A program made the translations under genes and the position numbers. A stretch of DNA of 64,000 nt. Source: Patescibacteria group bacterium (GTDB taxonomy: Bacteria; Patescibacteriota; Minisyncoccia; Phycocordibacterales; UBA9973). Positions 28,904-39,365 of the stretch are shown here, piece after piece. The notes under the pieces are model-generated. The model was not told the DNA's origin. It made no database searches and saw only the letters and a program-made list of their open reading frames with translations. The stretch spans positions 79,312-143,311 of the forward strand of contig JBBTYN010000002.1 in assembly GCA_038061755.1 (NCBI GenBank), written 5' to 3'. The first letter of the stretch is position 1, and each line of letters starts with the position of its first letter.

Positions 28904-31162
28904 ATGACTGGTAAAAATAAAATAATAAAATTCATCTCTGTTATTCTAATTATTTCAATAATAATGCCTGTTGTTTTATTTTCTAGTCCCCAAAAAGCGC
29001 GAGCAACTGTACCGACTGCAGAGGTAGGCGCATTCGGATGGATTTCTAAATATTTTCAAGAATCAACCGCAGCATCTTCTTGGACAACAGCTTTAACAAC
29101 TGTTAAAGATTGGGCGGCCAAGATAGCTAAAGAGGTAATGAAAGCAATCGCAAAAAAAATCTTAGCGAAAATGACTCAAGCTACCATAAATTGGATTAAT
29201 TCTGATTTTCATGGACAGCCGCTTTTTTTAACGCATCCTGACTCTTTCTTTAGAGACATAGCAAAATCAGGACTAAAAGATATGGTAAATATATTCGGCT
29301 ATAACAACCTCCTATATCCTTTTGGTAGGCAATTTGCTTTAAATGCAATAAATAGTTACAAAAGCAAACTCGCTCAAAATGCCGAATATAGTTTAGGTAA
29401 AGTCTTGGATGGAGCGCAACTTAGGCTGTATCTAGGTAATTTTAATTATGGTGGATGGAATGGATTTTTAAATAATACGCAATACCCTCAAAATAATTAT
29501 CTAGGATTTAATATGATAGCAACCGAAGAGCTTGCCAGAAGAATTAAGGGTACAGTTCAATCTGCTGCTGATAAAGTACAATCCACTCTCCAGCAAGGAA
29601 TGGGTTTCCTCTCTCCAGAAAAATGTACAACTAACCCTAAATACAATAATGGAACAAATGAATTCCAAAAACCAAGTCTTGATACGGCTAAATGGGAGGC
29701 TGATTACAAAAACAGCCATCCTATTCCTTCTGGTCCTTCTGGTTCCAGTATGGATGCTATGGACAAATGGGATACAGATTTTAAAGCTGCTGAAGAAAAG
29801 GCTATAGATGATTTCTATACTAATAATACTTGCCCAAAAAAAGCAGACGGAACAAGTGGTTTTGAAAAAACTACTCCAGGCTTTGTGGCAGCTACCCAAG
29901 TAACAAATGCGCTTAATATGCCAGGCTTGACGACCGCGCTTGATGGAGCATTAGGCAATAGCTTAGCTGCTATTTTTGACGCCCTTTTAAATCACTTTTT
30001 AGACAAAGGCTTAAATGCGATGGCAAATAAAATTAACCCCGCACCCTCAATAGACAACTGGAGTTATAGTGGCAATACATTAACTGGAGGCACTGCTACA
30101 ACAACTGCTACAACAGTTGAAACTTTAAATATCCCACAAAACGTTTCAGTTACTGTCGGACAAACAACCAGCACCACAATCTCAGGCGGTTCAGGGACTT
30201 ATAGTATTCAACCTCAATCAAACGCGTCGCTGACAATAGCGATTGCCACGGTTGATATTTCTGGCTCTCTTCCAAAACTCAAAGTTACTGGTGTCGCGAA
30301 GGGTACAACCTCAGTCATAGCGCAAGATTCGTCTAGCCCAATACAAACTATAACGGTTACCATCACCGTAAGTAATATGGGGGATATAGTGGTTACTCCA
30401 GCAAATATTTCAACCGATGTTGGCGCGCAAGTCACCGCCACTATGTCTGGTGGCACAGAACCTTATTCTATTCAGACGAGCCCCAATGAAACAAATGCGA
30501 TAGCAACGTTTTCTGGCAATAACTTAATCGTATTTGGTATGGCAAATGGTACTACTTTTGTTGATATAAAAGATTCTTCAGCGCCAGCAAAAACTGTTCG
30601 CGTCAAGATATTAGTTGGTCCTAATATTTTAATCGTCGATCCATCAAGTGTTTCAGTTTATACTGGTGAAGTAGTTAGTGTGCCAATCTCAAATGGCACA
30701 GCACCGTATTTCGTCACAAATCAACAAAATATTAATGTGGCAACTGGTGAAATTTTATCCGCTACTCCTAATATCCTCACTGTTACCGGTCGCGCAGAAG
30801 GGACAAGCGTGGTGACAATCACAGATTCATCAACTCCAGCAAAAACAACTATCGTCAAAATTACGGTTTCTCTTAACTTAACCATTACACCGTCAAATGT
30901 TACACTTTATCTTAATAGTTGTTTTCTTGGTAGGTGTAGTAATACAGCCAACCTTACCATCTCAAATGGCACAGCGCCGTATTTCGTCACAAATCAACAA
31001 GACCCCACAGTGGCAACTGCTCAGGTTCTGTCAGCTTCTTATGGTGATTCAATTCTCACTGTTACTGGCCTCAAGGCAGGAACAAGCGTAGTTACTGTAG
31101 AAGATTCATCAGCTGAAGCAATCAAGCATGCCACCGTAAATATTACAGTAGTTAATAATTAG
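28904..31162 (+). CDS. Secreted/surface protein with C-terminal Ig-like repeats (T4SS cluster-associated)
   Basis: Signal peptide; four ~85-aa Thr/Val-rich repeats (ISGGSGTY, MSGGTEPY, ISNGTAPY x2). Confidence 0.75.
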   Translation: MTGKNKIIKFISVILIISIIMPVVLFSSPQKARATVPTAEVGAFGWISKYFQESTAASSWTTALTTVKDWAAKIAKEVMKAIAKKILAKMTQATINWINSDFHGQPLFLTHPDSFFRDIAKSGLKDMVNIFGYNNLLYPFGRQFALNAINSYKSKLAQNAEYSLGKVLDGAQLRLYLGNFNYGGWNGFLNNTQYPQNNYLGFNMIATEELARRIKGTVQSAADKVQSTLQQGMGFLSPEKCTTNPKYNNGTNEFQKPSLDTAKWEADYKNSHPIPSGPSGSSMDAMDKWDTDFKAAEEKAIDDFYTNNTCPKKADGTSGFEKTTPGFVAATQVTNALNMPGLTTALDGALGNSLAAIFDALLNHFLDKGLNAMANKINPAPSIDNWSYSGNTLTGGTATTTATTVETLNIPQNVSVTVGQTTSTTISGGSGTYSIQPQSNASLTIAIATVDISGSLPKLKVTGVAKGTTSVIAQDSSSPIQTITVTITVSNMGDIVVTPANISTDVGAQVTATMSGGTEPYSIQTSPNETNAIATFSGNNLIVFGMANGTTFVDIKDSSAPAKTVRVKILVGPNILIVDPSSVSVYTGEVVSVPISNGTAPYFVTNQQNINVATGEILSATPNILTVTGRAEGTSVVTITDSSTPAKTTIVKITVSLNLTITPSNVTLYLNSCFLGRCSNTANLTISNGTAPYFVTNQQDPTVATAQVLSASYGDSILTVTGLKAGTSVVTVEDSSAEAIKHATVNITVVNN

Positions 31163-31198
31163 GTCATTCCGTAAGAAATATGCCATTTGAAATAATAA

Positions 31199-33238
31199 AT
31201 GTCAAAAGATTTAACAAAAAAAAAATCTGCTATTGAAAAAAATAAGTTCATTCTAGCGAGGACTGTCCTAGCTAGTGTGTTTGTTTTGTTCGTCTTGATA
31301 GGAATTTTTAGTCCGCTGACGAAAGTAAATGCTGCTGCTGACCCAAAACAATTAAATTTTCAAACCGCAATAGATGAACAAATATGTCTTTCTTGGGATG
31401 GTGGTCTTTCTCCTGGTGCATGTCTAGTGCAATTTTCATATTACCTGCTATATGTAATTCCGGCTTTTTTGCTGACAATGGCTGCTATATTTTTCAATAT
31501 CCTAATATCTATTACTTTAGGCAGTACGCTTCTTAAGTCAACCTTTATTTCTGACGCATGGGCAGTAGTTCGCGACCTTTCTAATATGTTCTTCATACTT
31601 ATTTTACTTTATATAGCCATTAAAGTTATTTTGGGAATGAGCGGATCTGAAGTTAAAAAAATGATAGGAAATGTCGTGATAATGGCGCTTCTTATAAATT
31701 TTTCTATGTTTTTTACTCAAGTGATTATTGATTCTTCAAATATATTGGCTTTAATTTTTTACAATAAGTTAAGCCCAACGTCTCAATACACCACAATAAC
31801 TGGAGAAAAAGATATTGCGGGTGGCTTAGTTCAAGCCTTTAACCCCACAGCCTCTTTGAGTCCAAATTTTTTTATAGCAGCTAAGGCAACACAAATACCA
31901 GACCCAGACGATCCTACCAAAACCATAACAAAAAAAGAAGACAAAGTGCCACTCGGAATGATGGTAGGAATTATTCTTGTTACTGGATTAGTTTTACTTT
32001 TTGCCACATATGCATTATTTGTGTCAGGACTATACTTCGTGGGCAGATTAATTGAGCTTTTTGTCTTAATTGTTTTCTCTCCTTTTGCTTTTATGTCTTG
32101 GACAATACCAAAATTCGCAGGTATAGACTACATAGGATGGGACGCTTGGCTTAAACGCCTTATCACGGCATCATTTATGGCGCCGATTTTTATGTTCTTT
32201 TTATATTTTATATTTATGGTAGTGAAAGCAAATATATTCAGTGATTCTGTATTAACAGGTCAAGGTATAATAATAATGTTATTACGTATGGCAATCCCAG
32301 CATTGGTAATTTTGGTTTTGCTTCTTCAAGCAGTCAAATTTGCCAAGAAAGGCTCCGGAATGTTTGGGGAAATGGTAATGAAAGGCGCAAAGATGGTAGG
32401 CGGGGTGGCCTTGGGGGCAACAGTAGGTGGGTTAGCAGTCGCTGGACGAGCAAGTGTTGGTAGAGCAGGGGCAGCTATGGCAAATTCAGAATGGACAAGG
32501 AAACGAGAAGCTGCAGGAAAATTTGGTTCTGGGGTATTTAGAGATGTAACAAAAAAAATGGGTACAGGTAGCTTTGATATTAGGGGAGCAAAAATTGGTG
32601 GTCAAACCTTAGCTTCTGCTACGGGTATGAAAGTTGGTGAAGCGCAAAAAGGTGGTTTTGCAGAGAAAAGAGAAAAGGATGTAAAGAAGAGAGTGGAAAG
32701 AGCTAAAGAAATTGAAGTTGGAGAGGATGAACATTTGAAACAAGCATTAAATACAACAGAAGCAAATCTACAGGGACTTCTAAGTGCAAATGCAAAAGAA
32801 ATTGAGACACTTGATAAAACAATTGAAAAGAAAAGACAAGAAGCAATTGACGCAGAAAGAGACTTTAAGGCTGGAACAATCACACAAACAGATTTACAAA
32901 CAAAAACAAATGAACTGAAGAATGCAAAAGATAATAAAAAGGATTTTGTAAAGGGAAATGAATATATGACCACAGATAGTGCTGGTATAGCCTCAATCAA
33001 AAAAGGAACTGGGGTAAATATTGATGCCTTAGAAAAACTTAAAAAAGATCAAGTTCAAGATATAAAAACAGAAAATGTAATAAGAAGACAGGCTTATGCT
33101 ACTAAATTAGAAGGTGGTGGAAATAGAGCTTTAAATTTTGTATTCAGTGGAGGTCAGTATGCCTTAAAGCGTGGTGCTAATGAGGCTGCACATAAAATAA
33201 GAACTGAAGTTAAATTAGACAGTGGAACAAAGGCATAA
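31199..33238 (+). CDS. VirB6/TrbL-like polytopic membrane protein
   Basis: WAVVRDLSN, ALLINFS, FSPFAF motifs, many TMs; upstream of PrgI and VirB4. Confidence 0.7.
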   Translation: MSKDLTKKKSAIEKNKFILARTVLASVFVLFVLIGIFSPLTKVNAAADPKQLNFQTAIDEQICLSWDGGLSPGACLVQFSYYLLYVIPAFLLTMAAIFFNILISITLGSTLLKSTFISDAWAVVRDLSNMFFILILLYIAIKVILGMSGSEVKKMIGNVVIMALLINFSMFFTQVIIDSSNILALIFYNKLSPTSQYTTITGEKDIAGGLVQAFNPTASLSPNFFIAAKATQIPDPDDPTKTITKKEDKVPLGMMVGIILVTGLVLLFATYALFVSGLYFVGRLIELFVLIVFSPFAFMSWTIPKFAGIDYIGWDAWLKRLITASFMAPIFMFFLYFIFMVVKANIFSDSVLTGQGIIIMLLRMAIPALVILVLLLQAVKFAKKGSGMFGEMVMKGAKMVGGVALGATVGGLAVAGRASVGRAGAAMANSEWTRKREAAGKFGSGVFRDVTKKMGTGSFDIRGAKIGGQTLASATGMKVGEAQKGGFAEKREKDVKKRVERAKEIEVGEDEHLKQALNTTEANLQGLLSANAKEIETLDKTIEKKRQEAIDAERDFKAGTITQTDLQTKTNELKNAKDNKKDFVKGNEYMTTDSAGIASIKKGTGVNIDALEKLKKDQVQDIKTENVIRRQAYATKLEGGGNRALNFVFSGGQYALKRGANEAAHKIRTEVKLDSGTKA

Positions 33239-33242
33239 AAAT

Positions 33243-33716
33243 ATGACGGACAAATTAAAACAAACAATTAAAGACGAAGTGGAAAAATTACCAAAAGAAA
33301 ATCAAGAAGTGATTAATAATTTTGGTTGGGAAAAAATTACGGAAGAAGTTGGAAAGAAGTTTTTACTTTCGGATAATGAAATAAATGATTTTCAAGTAGA
33401 AACTTTAATTATTTTAGTTGGATTAGAAGATATTGATTTTTACGCGAGTAATATAGAAAACAATGTCGGCACCAGCAAGGATGAAGCGAAAAAAATTACT
33501 GATGAAGTAATTCAAAAAATATTTACCCCAATTAATGACATCCTAGTAGAAAACATTAAAAAAAGCGACAAGCTAAAAAATACAAACGTAGAACAAAATC
33601 TTAATTTTATTCTTTCCGGTGGAGATTATACGGCCTTTTTGGATGTCCCACGCCTTATTGATGAGGGAGCAGGAGAAAATGAAACAGTTTTACCGGTCTT
33701 TTTTATTAAAAAATAA
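33243..33716 (+). CDS. Hypothetical protein
   Basis: ORF with ATG at 33243; resembles the downstream gene (ETLIILVGL vs ETELLLCGL). Confidence 0.7.
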   Translation: MTDKLKQTIKDEVEKLPKENQEVINNFGWEKITEEVGKKFLLSDNEINDFQVETLIILVGLEDIDFYASNIENNVGTSKDEAKKITDEVIQKIFTPINDILVENIKKSDKLKNTNVEQNLNFILSGGDYTAFLDVPRLIDEGAGENETVLPVFFIKK

Positions 33717-33730
33717 TATATAATAACAAC

Positions 33731-34306
33731 ATGGAAGACACAACAGATTTATTACAAATAAAAATTGAGAAGGCAAAAATGCAATTGCCAGAAGAAACCC
33801 AAAACGCAATCAATGCTGTTGATTATAAAGCGGTTATTTTAGAAATGAGAAAAAAAAAAGGATATAGTTTTGAACAATTAGGAGACCTAGAAACTGAAAC
33901 AGAATTATTGCTTTGCGGGCTTCTTAGTCCAGAAAATTATCCAAAAGAATTAGGAAACAGGATGCATCTTTCAGGTAATGAAGTTAATGAATTAGTAAAA
34001 GAAATGAATAATCGTGTTTTTGCAAAAATAAAAGAAAACTTGGTAAAAAGGACAGAAGAAAAAAAAGAAGAAAATGATGATATGCAAATATTACATTCTG
34101 CTGGAATTGAGATTATTCCTGAAAAAAAAGAATTAACAACACCCACGCCTCCAATCTTGGCACAAAAATTATCCGGTTATGTTAAAAATGAAGTAGTGGA
34201 AACAGAACATTCTCTAGAAAATATCACAAAAATAAGTATGCCAACTCCACCAATTACTAAAACAAGCAAAATAACTATAGATCCATATAGAGAAATTCCT
34301 GAATAA
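33731..34306 (+). CDS. Hypothetical protein with C-terminal DPYRE motif
   Basis: 191-aa ORF ending DPYREIPE. Confidence 0.75.
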   Translation: MEDTTDLLQIKIEKAKMQLPEETQNAINAVDYKAVILEMRKKKGYSFEQLGDLETETELLLCGLLSPENYPKELGNRMHLSGNEVNELVKEMNNRVFAKIKENLVKRTEEKKEENDDMQILHSAGIEIIPEKKELTTPTPPILAQKLSGYVKNEVVETEHSLENITKISMPTPPITKTSKITIDPYREIPE

Positions 34307-34310
34307 CAAA

Positions 34311-34815
34311 GCAATTACGAATTATCAATTACGAATTACGAATTAAAAAAACAAAAAAATTAAAAATCAGTAATTACGAATTACGAATTTGAAAGAAAAT
34401 ATTATACAACAAAAAAGTTATGTATTTGCAATAAAAATTATTGAATTATATAAATACTTAATTGGAACAAAAAAAGAATTTATTTTATCAAAACAACTTT
34501 TGAGAAGTGGAACGTCAATAGGAGCAAACATAGAAGAAGCATTAGGTGGTCAATCAAGAAAAGATTTTATCTCAAAATTATCTATAGCCTATAAAGAAGC
34601 TCGAGAAACAAAATACTGGCTCTCTTTATTAAGGGAAGCAAAATATATGACTCAAGAAGAATTGAATCCTGTTTTTGATAATTGTGAGGAAATATTAAAA
34701 ATAATAGGTAAAATTCAAAAAACATCAAAAGAAAATGGGGTTAATTCGTAATTGATTATATAATGTTCTATAATGTAGTAGTGGGTTGCTAATTCGTAAT
34801 TCGTAATTCGTAATT
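34311..34815. repeat. Inverted heptamer arrays (AATTACG)n / (CGTAATT)n flanking the four-helix-bundle gene
   Basis: AATTACG units at 34313-34388; TAATTCG units at 34742-34815. Confidence 0.9.
34389..34751 (+). CDS. Four helix bundle protein (23S rRNA IVP / TIGR02436-like)
   Basis: KQLLRSGTSIGANIEEA, DFISKLSIAYKEARETKYWL motifs. Confidence 0.93.
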   Translation: MKENIIQQKSYVFAIKIIELYKYLIGTKKEFILSKQLLRSGTSIGANIEEALGGQSRKDFISKLSIAYKEARETKYWLSLLREAKYMTQEELNPVFDNCEEILKIIGKIQKTSKENGVNS

Positions 34816-34829
34816 TATAATTGATTCAT

Positions 34830-35273
34830 ATGCAGTTTAAAGTTCCACAATTTTTAGACATAGAAGACAAAATATTCGGCCCTTTCACTTTTAGGGAATT
34901 TGTTTATTTGGCTGGTGGAGCAGGCTTGTGTTTTATTCTTTATAAATTGCTAGGTCTTATTTTAGGAGCCATACCAATTTTAATTGTGGCAGGATTTTCG
35001 CTCGCTCTTACTTTTTATAAACCAAACAATAAACCATTCCTTAACATAATTGAATCTAGTTTTAAATACTTTACCAAAAACAAACTTTATATTTGGAAAA
35101 AAGGCAAAAGCCACGCTTCAATGGACGGTGTGCGACATGATTTCACTAAATCAGATATAAACAAAGTTCAAATAATACATTCTAGTAATTTACAATTAAA
35201 TGGAAGCAAGTTACGGGACTTAGCTTGGAGTTTGGATGTATTAGATTTAAGTAAACAACAGGGAAAAAATTAA
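34830..35273 (+). CDS. PrgI family protein
   Basis: MQFKVPQFLDIEDKIFGPFTFREF, two TMs; upstream of VirB4. Confidence 0.85.
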   Translation: MQFKVPQFLDIEDKIFGPFTFREFVYLAGGAGLCFILYKLLGLILGAIPILIVAGFSLALTFYKPNNKPFLNIIESSFKYFTKNKLYIWKKGKSHASMDGVRHDFTKSDINKVQIIHSSNLQLNGSKLRDLAWSLDVLDLSKQQGKN

Positions 35274-35274
35274 G

Positions 35275-35367
35275 AATTAGCAATTACGAATTACGAATGA
35301 AAAATACAGATTACAAATTAAAAGATTATGAGTTGCGAATTAAATTCGTAATTCGCAATTCGTAATT
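35275..35367. repeat. ORF-less inverted heptamer element
   Basis: AATTAGC AATTACG AATTACG ... AATTCGT AATTCGC AATTCGT AATT. Confidence 0.85.
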
Positions 35368-35381
35368 TAAAATTGATTCAA

Positions 35382-36020
35382 ATGGCCTTAAAAGCAAAAG
35401 CAACTCAAGAATTTGTGCCAATCAAGGAAGTTCGCGATGGAATAGTCGTGCTAAAAAACGACGAATTACGGGCTATCGTGCTGGCTAATTCTGTAAATCT
35501 ATCTCTAAAATCTTCTGATGAACAACAAGCAACAATAATGCAATTTCAAAATTTTCTTAATACCTTAGATTTTTCTGTGCAAATATCAATCCAATCAAGA
35601 AGGCTAAACATTAGGCCTTATCTTTTGCTTTTGGAAGACAGAATAAAGGTTCAAAATGAACCCCTTTTAAAATTACAAACTAGAGAATATATAGAATTTA
35701 TTAAAAATTTTACTGATTCAGTGGCAATAATGACAAAAAACTTTTTTGTAGTAGTTCCATACACCCATACTACTTTAAAATCAGACTCTGGAATACTGGA
35801 TAAAATATTTTCAAGAAAAAATAAAGAGGAGATAAAAGTTGCAAAACAAATAGATTTTGAAGAAAAAAGGTCTCAATTGGAAGAAAGAGTAGCTGTTATT
35901 CAGCAAGGACTCTCCCGTTGTGGTATAAATTCAGCTCAACTTGGTACTGAAGAAGTAGTGGAAGTATTTTATAAAGTTTTCAACCCGGGGGAAATAGAAG
36001 GAAAAATTAAATTAGAATAA
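35382..36020 (+). CDS. TraC/VirB4 N-terminal-like protein
   Basis: TQEFVPIKEVRDG, FLNTLDFSVQI, FFVVVPY; immediately before the ATPase. Confidence 0.7.
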   Translation: MALKAKATQEFVPIKEVRDGIVVLKNDELRAIVLANSVNLSLKSSDEQQATIMQFQNFLNTLDFSVQISIQSRRLNIRPYLLLLEDRIKVQNEPLLKLQTREYIEFIKNFTDSVAIMTKNFFVVVPYTHTTLKSDSGILDKIFSRKNKEEIKVAKQIDFEEKRSQLEERVAVIQQGLSRCGINSAQLGTEEVVEVFYKVFNPGEIEGKIKLE

Positions 36021-36048
36021 TCTACGAGCTTAACGCCACAAAAATTAT

Positions 36049-37899
36049 ATGGATTTTTTTAAAAAATTATTTGGAAAAGAAAAAAAGACTGAAAGTGAAG
36101 AAATACGAACTTCTGTTTTGGCTGTCTTGCCAGAAAAAATTTACGAATCTGCAAATTTGGAACTTCAAGATATCATTGCCCCATCAGCCTTAAAAATCGA
36201 CCCGAAATCTATAAACCTAGGTAGCAAAATAGCCCGCACTTTTTTTATAATATCTTATCCAAGGTTTTTAACAGATAATTGGTTTTCTCCAATAATTAAT
36301 TTAGATAAAATTTTTGATATTTCAATATTCGTTCACCCCATAGACACTTCTCTTGTTCTGCGACAATTTCAAAAAAAAGTTGCCGAAGTCCAAAGTCAAA
36401 TAAGTGTTCGAGAATCAAAAGGAATGGTGCGTGACCCAATGTTGGACACTGCCTATGAAGACTTAGAAGGGCTTCGTAATAATTTAATTCAAGCACAAGA
36501 AAAAATGTTTGATGTCGGTATTTATATCACAATTTATGCAGATAATGAATTGGAATTATATAAAATAGAAAATGAAATAAAATCAATGCTTGAATCAAAG
36601 CTAATATATATCAAACCGGCTCTTTTTCAGCAAGAAGAAGGTTTTAAAAGTGTCATTCCAATAGAAACAGACCTATTAAACATCCACCAAAAATTAAATT
36701 CTGAGCCCCTTTCTAGCGTTTTTCCATTTATTTCTTCTGATCTTACTTCAGACAAAGGAATACTTTATGGCATTAATAGACATAACTCGTCCCTCGTTAT
36801 CTTCGATAGATTCAGCTTGGAAAATTATAACTCAGTAACATTTGCTAAATCAGGTTCTGGAAAATCTTATGCGACAAAATTAGAAATTCTAAGATCCTTA
36901 ATGTTTGATACTGATGTTATCGTAATAGATCCAGAAAGAGAATATGAATTCTTGGCTGAAGCTGTCGGTGGACGATATTTTAACATTTCGCTCTCTTCCG
37001 ATCATCACTTGAATCCTTTTGACTTGCCGATACCTCGCGAAGACGAAACAGCTGAAGATGTTTTACGTTCAAATATCATTAATTTAGTAGGGCTTTTTAG
37101 ACTAATGCTAGGTGGGCTCACTCCAGAAGAAGATTCGATGGTAGACCGAGCTATTTCAGAAACTTATGCAATGAAAGATATAACGCCAGAATCAGATTTT
37201 TCAAATATTGAACCACCTCTTCTTTCAGATTTTGAAATGGTGCTCGGAGGAATGGAAGGAAGTGATTCAGTCATTGCTAGATTAGCAAAATACACCAGAG
37301 GTTCTTGGGCAACTTTTTTAAACAGACCGTCTAACGTGGATATTAATAAAAAATTCGTGGTATTTTCTGTTCGTGATATGGAAGACGAATTAAAACCAGT
37401 AGCAATGTATATTATTATGCATTATATTTGGAATGCAATAAGAAAGAATCTTAAAAAAAGACTTCTAGTGGTGGATGAAGCTTGGTGGATGATGAAATCA
37501 GAAGATACAGCCTCGTTCTTATACTCTATTGCAAAAAGAGGCAGAAAATATTACTTAGGTCTTTCCACTATCACTCAAGATGCGGCAGACTTTATGAAAT
37601 CTCCCTATGGAGTGCCAATAATTACCAATTCCTCCATTCAACTTCTTTTAAAACAATCACCTACCACAATTGATATTTTGCAAAAAACTTTTAATCTTAC
37701 TGATGAAGAAAAGTATTTACTTTTGGAGTCTGGATTAGGAGAGGGTATATTTTTCGCCGGATTAAAACATGTTGCTATAAAAATAGTTTCTTCTTATACG
37801 GAAGACCAAATCATTACCTCTGATCCTTCACAACTATTATTAAACAAAAAGGCCAAAGAGGAACAAGAAGCAAAAGCGACAGCGACAGCAGGGAAGTAG
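36049..37899 (+). CDS. VirB4-like type IV secretion ATPase
   Basis: AKSGSGKS Walker A, IDPEREY, LNPFD, VVDEAW, KRGRKY, ITQ motifs. Confidence 0.92.
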   Translation: MDFFKKLFGKEKKTESEEIRTSVLAVLPEKIYESANLELQDIIAPSALKIDPKSINLGSKIARTFFIISYPRFLTDNWFSPIINLDKIFDISIFVHPIDTSLVLRQFQKKVAEVQSQISVRESKGMVRDPMLDTAYEDLEGLRNNLIQAQEKMFDVGIYITIYADNELELYKIENEIKSMLESKLIYIKPALFQQEEGFKSVIPIETDLLNIHQKLNSEPLSSVFPFISSDLTSDKGILYGINRHNSSLVIFDRFSLENYNSVTFAKSGSGKSYATKLEILRSLMFDTDVIVIDPEREYEFLAEAVGGRYFNISLSSDHHLNPFDLPIPREDETAEDVLRSNIINLVGLFRLMLGGLTPEEDSMVDRAISETYAMKDITPESDFSNIEPPLLSDFEMVLGGMEGSDSVIARLAKYTRGSWATFLNRPSNVDINKKFVVFSVRDMEDELKPVAMYIIMHYIWNAIRKNLKKRLLVVDEAWWMMKSEDTASFLYSIAKRGRKYYLGLSTITQDAADFMKSPYGVPIITNSSIQLLLKQSPTTIDILQKTFNLTDEEKYLLLESGLGEGIFFAGLKHVAIKIVSSYTEDQIITSDPSQLLLNKKAKEEQEAKATATAGK

Positions 37900-37917
37900 G
37901 TATGATATAATTAGGTC

Positions 37918-38898
37918 ATGAAATTAAGATTTTTATTATTAAGTTTTATTACACTAATAATATTAGGAACTTTTTTGCCACTAAAAGTAAGGGCTACCTC
38001 TATTGATATCTTTGTTAATATAACTCCAGAAAACCCAGATCCTGGTGAAAACGTAAATATTACTTTGAAAAGCTATGTTAACAACTTAGATATTGTTTTA
38101 ATCTCTTGGTCTGTGAATGGTAAAAAAGTTTCTTCTGGAATTGGTCAGAAATCTTTTTCTATTACTGCTCCAAGGGCTGGAGAGGAGACAAATGTTATAG
38201 CCACCACCTCTCTGCCAGATGGAACAGTAGATACAAAAATAATAATAAGACCTTTAGTAATGATATTGCTCTACCAAGCAATGGATTCTTATGTTCCTCC
38301 TTTTTACAAAGGTAAAGCATTGCCATCCCCTGATAGTAAAGTAAAAATTGTAGCTCTACCAGAAATAAAGTCGGGCTCTAATTTGGTAGATCCTAAAAAT
38401 TTAACTTACACGTGGACAAAAGATTATAACAATAATCAAGATGATTCAGGTTATGGAAAAAATTCTCTTACTTATATAAACGACTATCTTGATAATTCAA
38501 ACAATATTGGGGTAACAGCTGGAACAACGGATCAAAAATATTCATCAACAGGAAGTATCAATGTAGGAATGACAGAACCAAAAATTATATTTTATAAAAA
38601 TGATGCAAAACTAGGAACAATTTGGGAACAGGCGCTTTCTGATGGGTATAAAATAATAGGTGATGAAATTATAGAAGCGGCACCATATTTTATATCACCA
38701 AGCGATATAAGAATTCCAACGCTTACTTGGGATTGGTTTATAAATGACGAAACAGTCAATGCGCCAATTTATAGAAAAAACACTCTGCCACTCAAAGCAC
38801 AAGCTGGAACCTCAGGAACATCTAAAATAAGATTGGAAATTAATAATAAATACAAAATTTTTCAAAATACAGTTAAAGAAATTAATGTGGACTTTTAG
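37918..38898 (+). CDS. Secreted hypothetical protein (Ig-like beta fold likely)
   Basis: Signal peptide, SYVPPFYKGKALP motif, beta-rich composition. Confidence 0.75.
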   Translation: MKLRFLLLSFITLIILGTFLPLKVRATSIDIFVNITPENPDPGENVNITLKSYVNNLDIVLISWSVNGKKVSSGIGQKSFSITAPRAGEETNVIATTSLPDGTVDTKIIIRPLVMILLYQAMDSYVPPFYKGKALPSPDSKVKIVALPEIKSGSNLVDPKNLTYTWTKDYNNNQDDSGYGKNSLTYINDYLDNSNNIGVTAGTTDQKYSSTGSINVGMTEPKIIFYKNDAKLGTIWEQALSDGYKIIGDEIIEAAPYFISPSDIRIPTLTWDWFINDETVNAPIYRKNTLPLKAQAGTSGTSKIRLEINNKYKIFQNTVKEINVDF

Positions 38899-38899
38899 T

Positions 38900-39355
38900 A
38901 TGAAAAAATATTTATCTTACATTTTAATACTAATCGTTCTAATTGGTTTTATGACTCCTATTTATTTTAGTTTGGCTGAAAACTATAATCTTTTAGCTCC
39001 TTTGCCTAAAACTGATGGAACAACAATGAGTAGTTATCCTACGCAGGATGGAAACTTGAGCGTTTATTTAAACTTAATGATAAAACTCTTCATCGGCATC
39101 TGCGCTGTTTTAGCTGTGATAATGATTGTAATGGGTGGAATTGAATATATGACAAGCGAATTACCTGGAATGAAAAGCGAAGGCAAGGAAAGAATTAGAA
39201 ATGCGATTTTTGGGCTTCTTTTAGCTCTTGGTGCTTGGACGCTTCTTAATACAATCAATCCAAACCTACTCAAGACTAATATTGTGCCACCTGTAAAAAC
39301 TATTGTATGTACCCCTCCAGCAGTTTTAAAGAATGGTCAATGTGTTAATCCATAA
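38900..39355 (+). CDS. VirB2/TrbC-like pilin
   Basis: AVIMIVMGGIEYMTS...GKERIRNAIFGLLL...LNTINP pattern. Confidence 0.8.
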   Translation: MKKYLSYILILIVLIGFMTPIYFSLAENYNLLAPLPKTDGTTMSSYPTQDGNLSVYLNLMIKLFIGICAVLAVIMIVMGGIEYMTSELPGMKSEGKERIRNAIFGLLLALGAWTLLNTINPNLLKTNIVPPVKTIVCTPPAVLKNGQCVNP

Positions 39356-39365
39356 TAAATAATAT

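Noticed and set aside
34389-34751. Diversity-generating retroelement (Avd-like gene)
   Set aside because: No reverse transcriptase or TR/VR pair with adenine-specific mismatches in the window.
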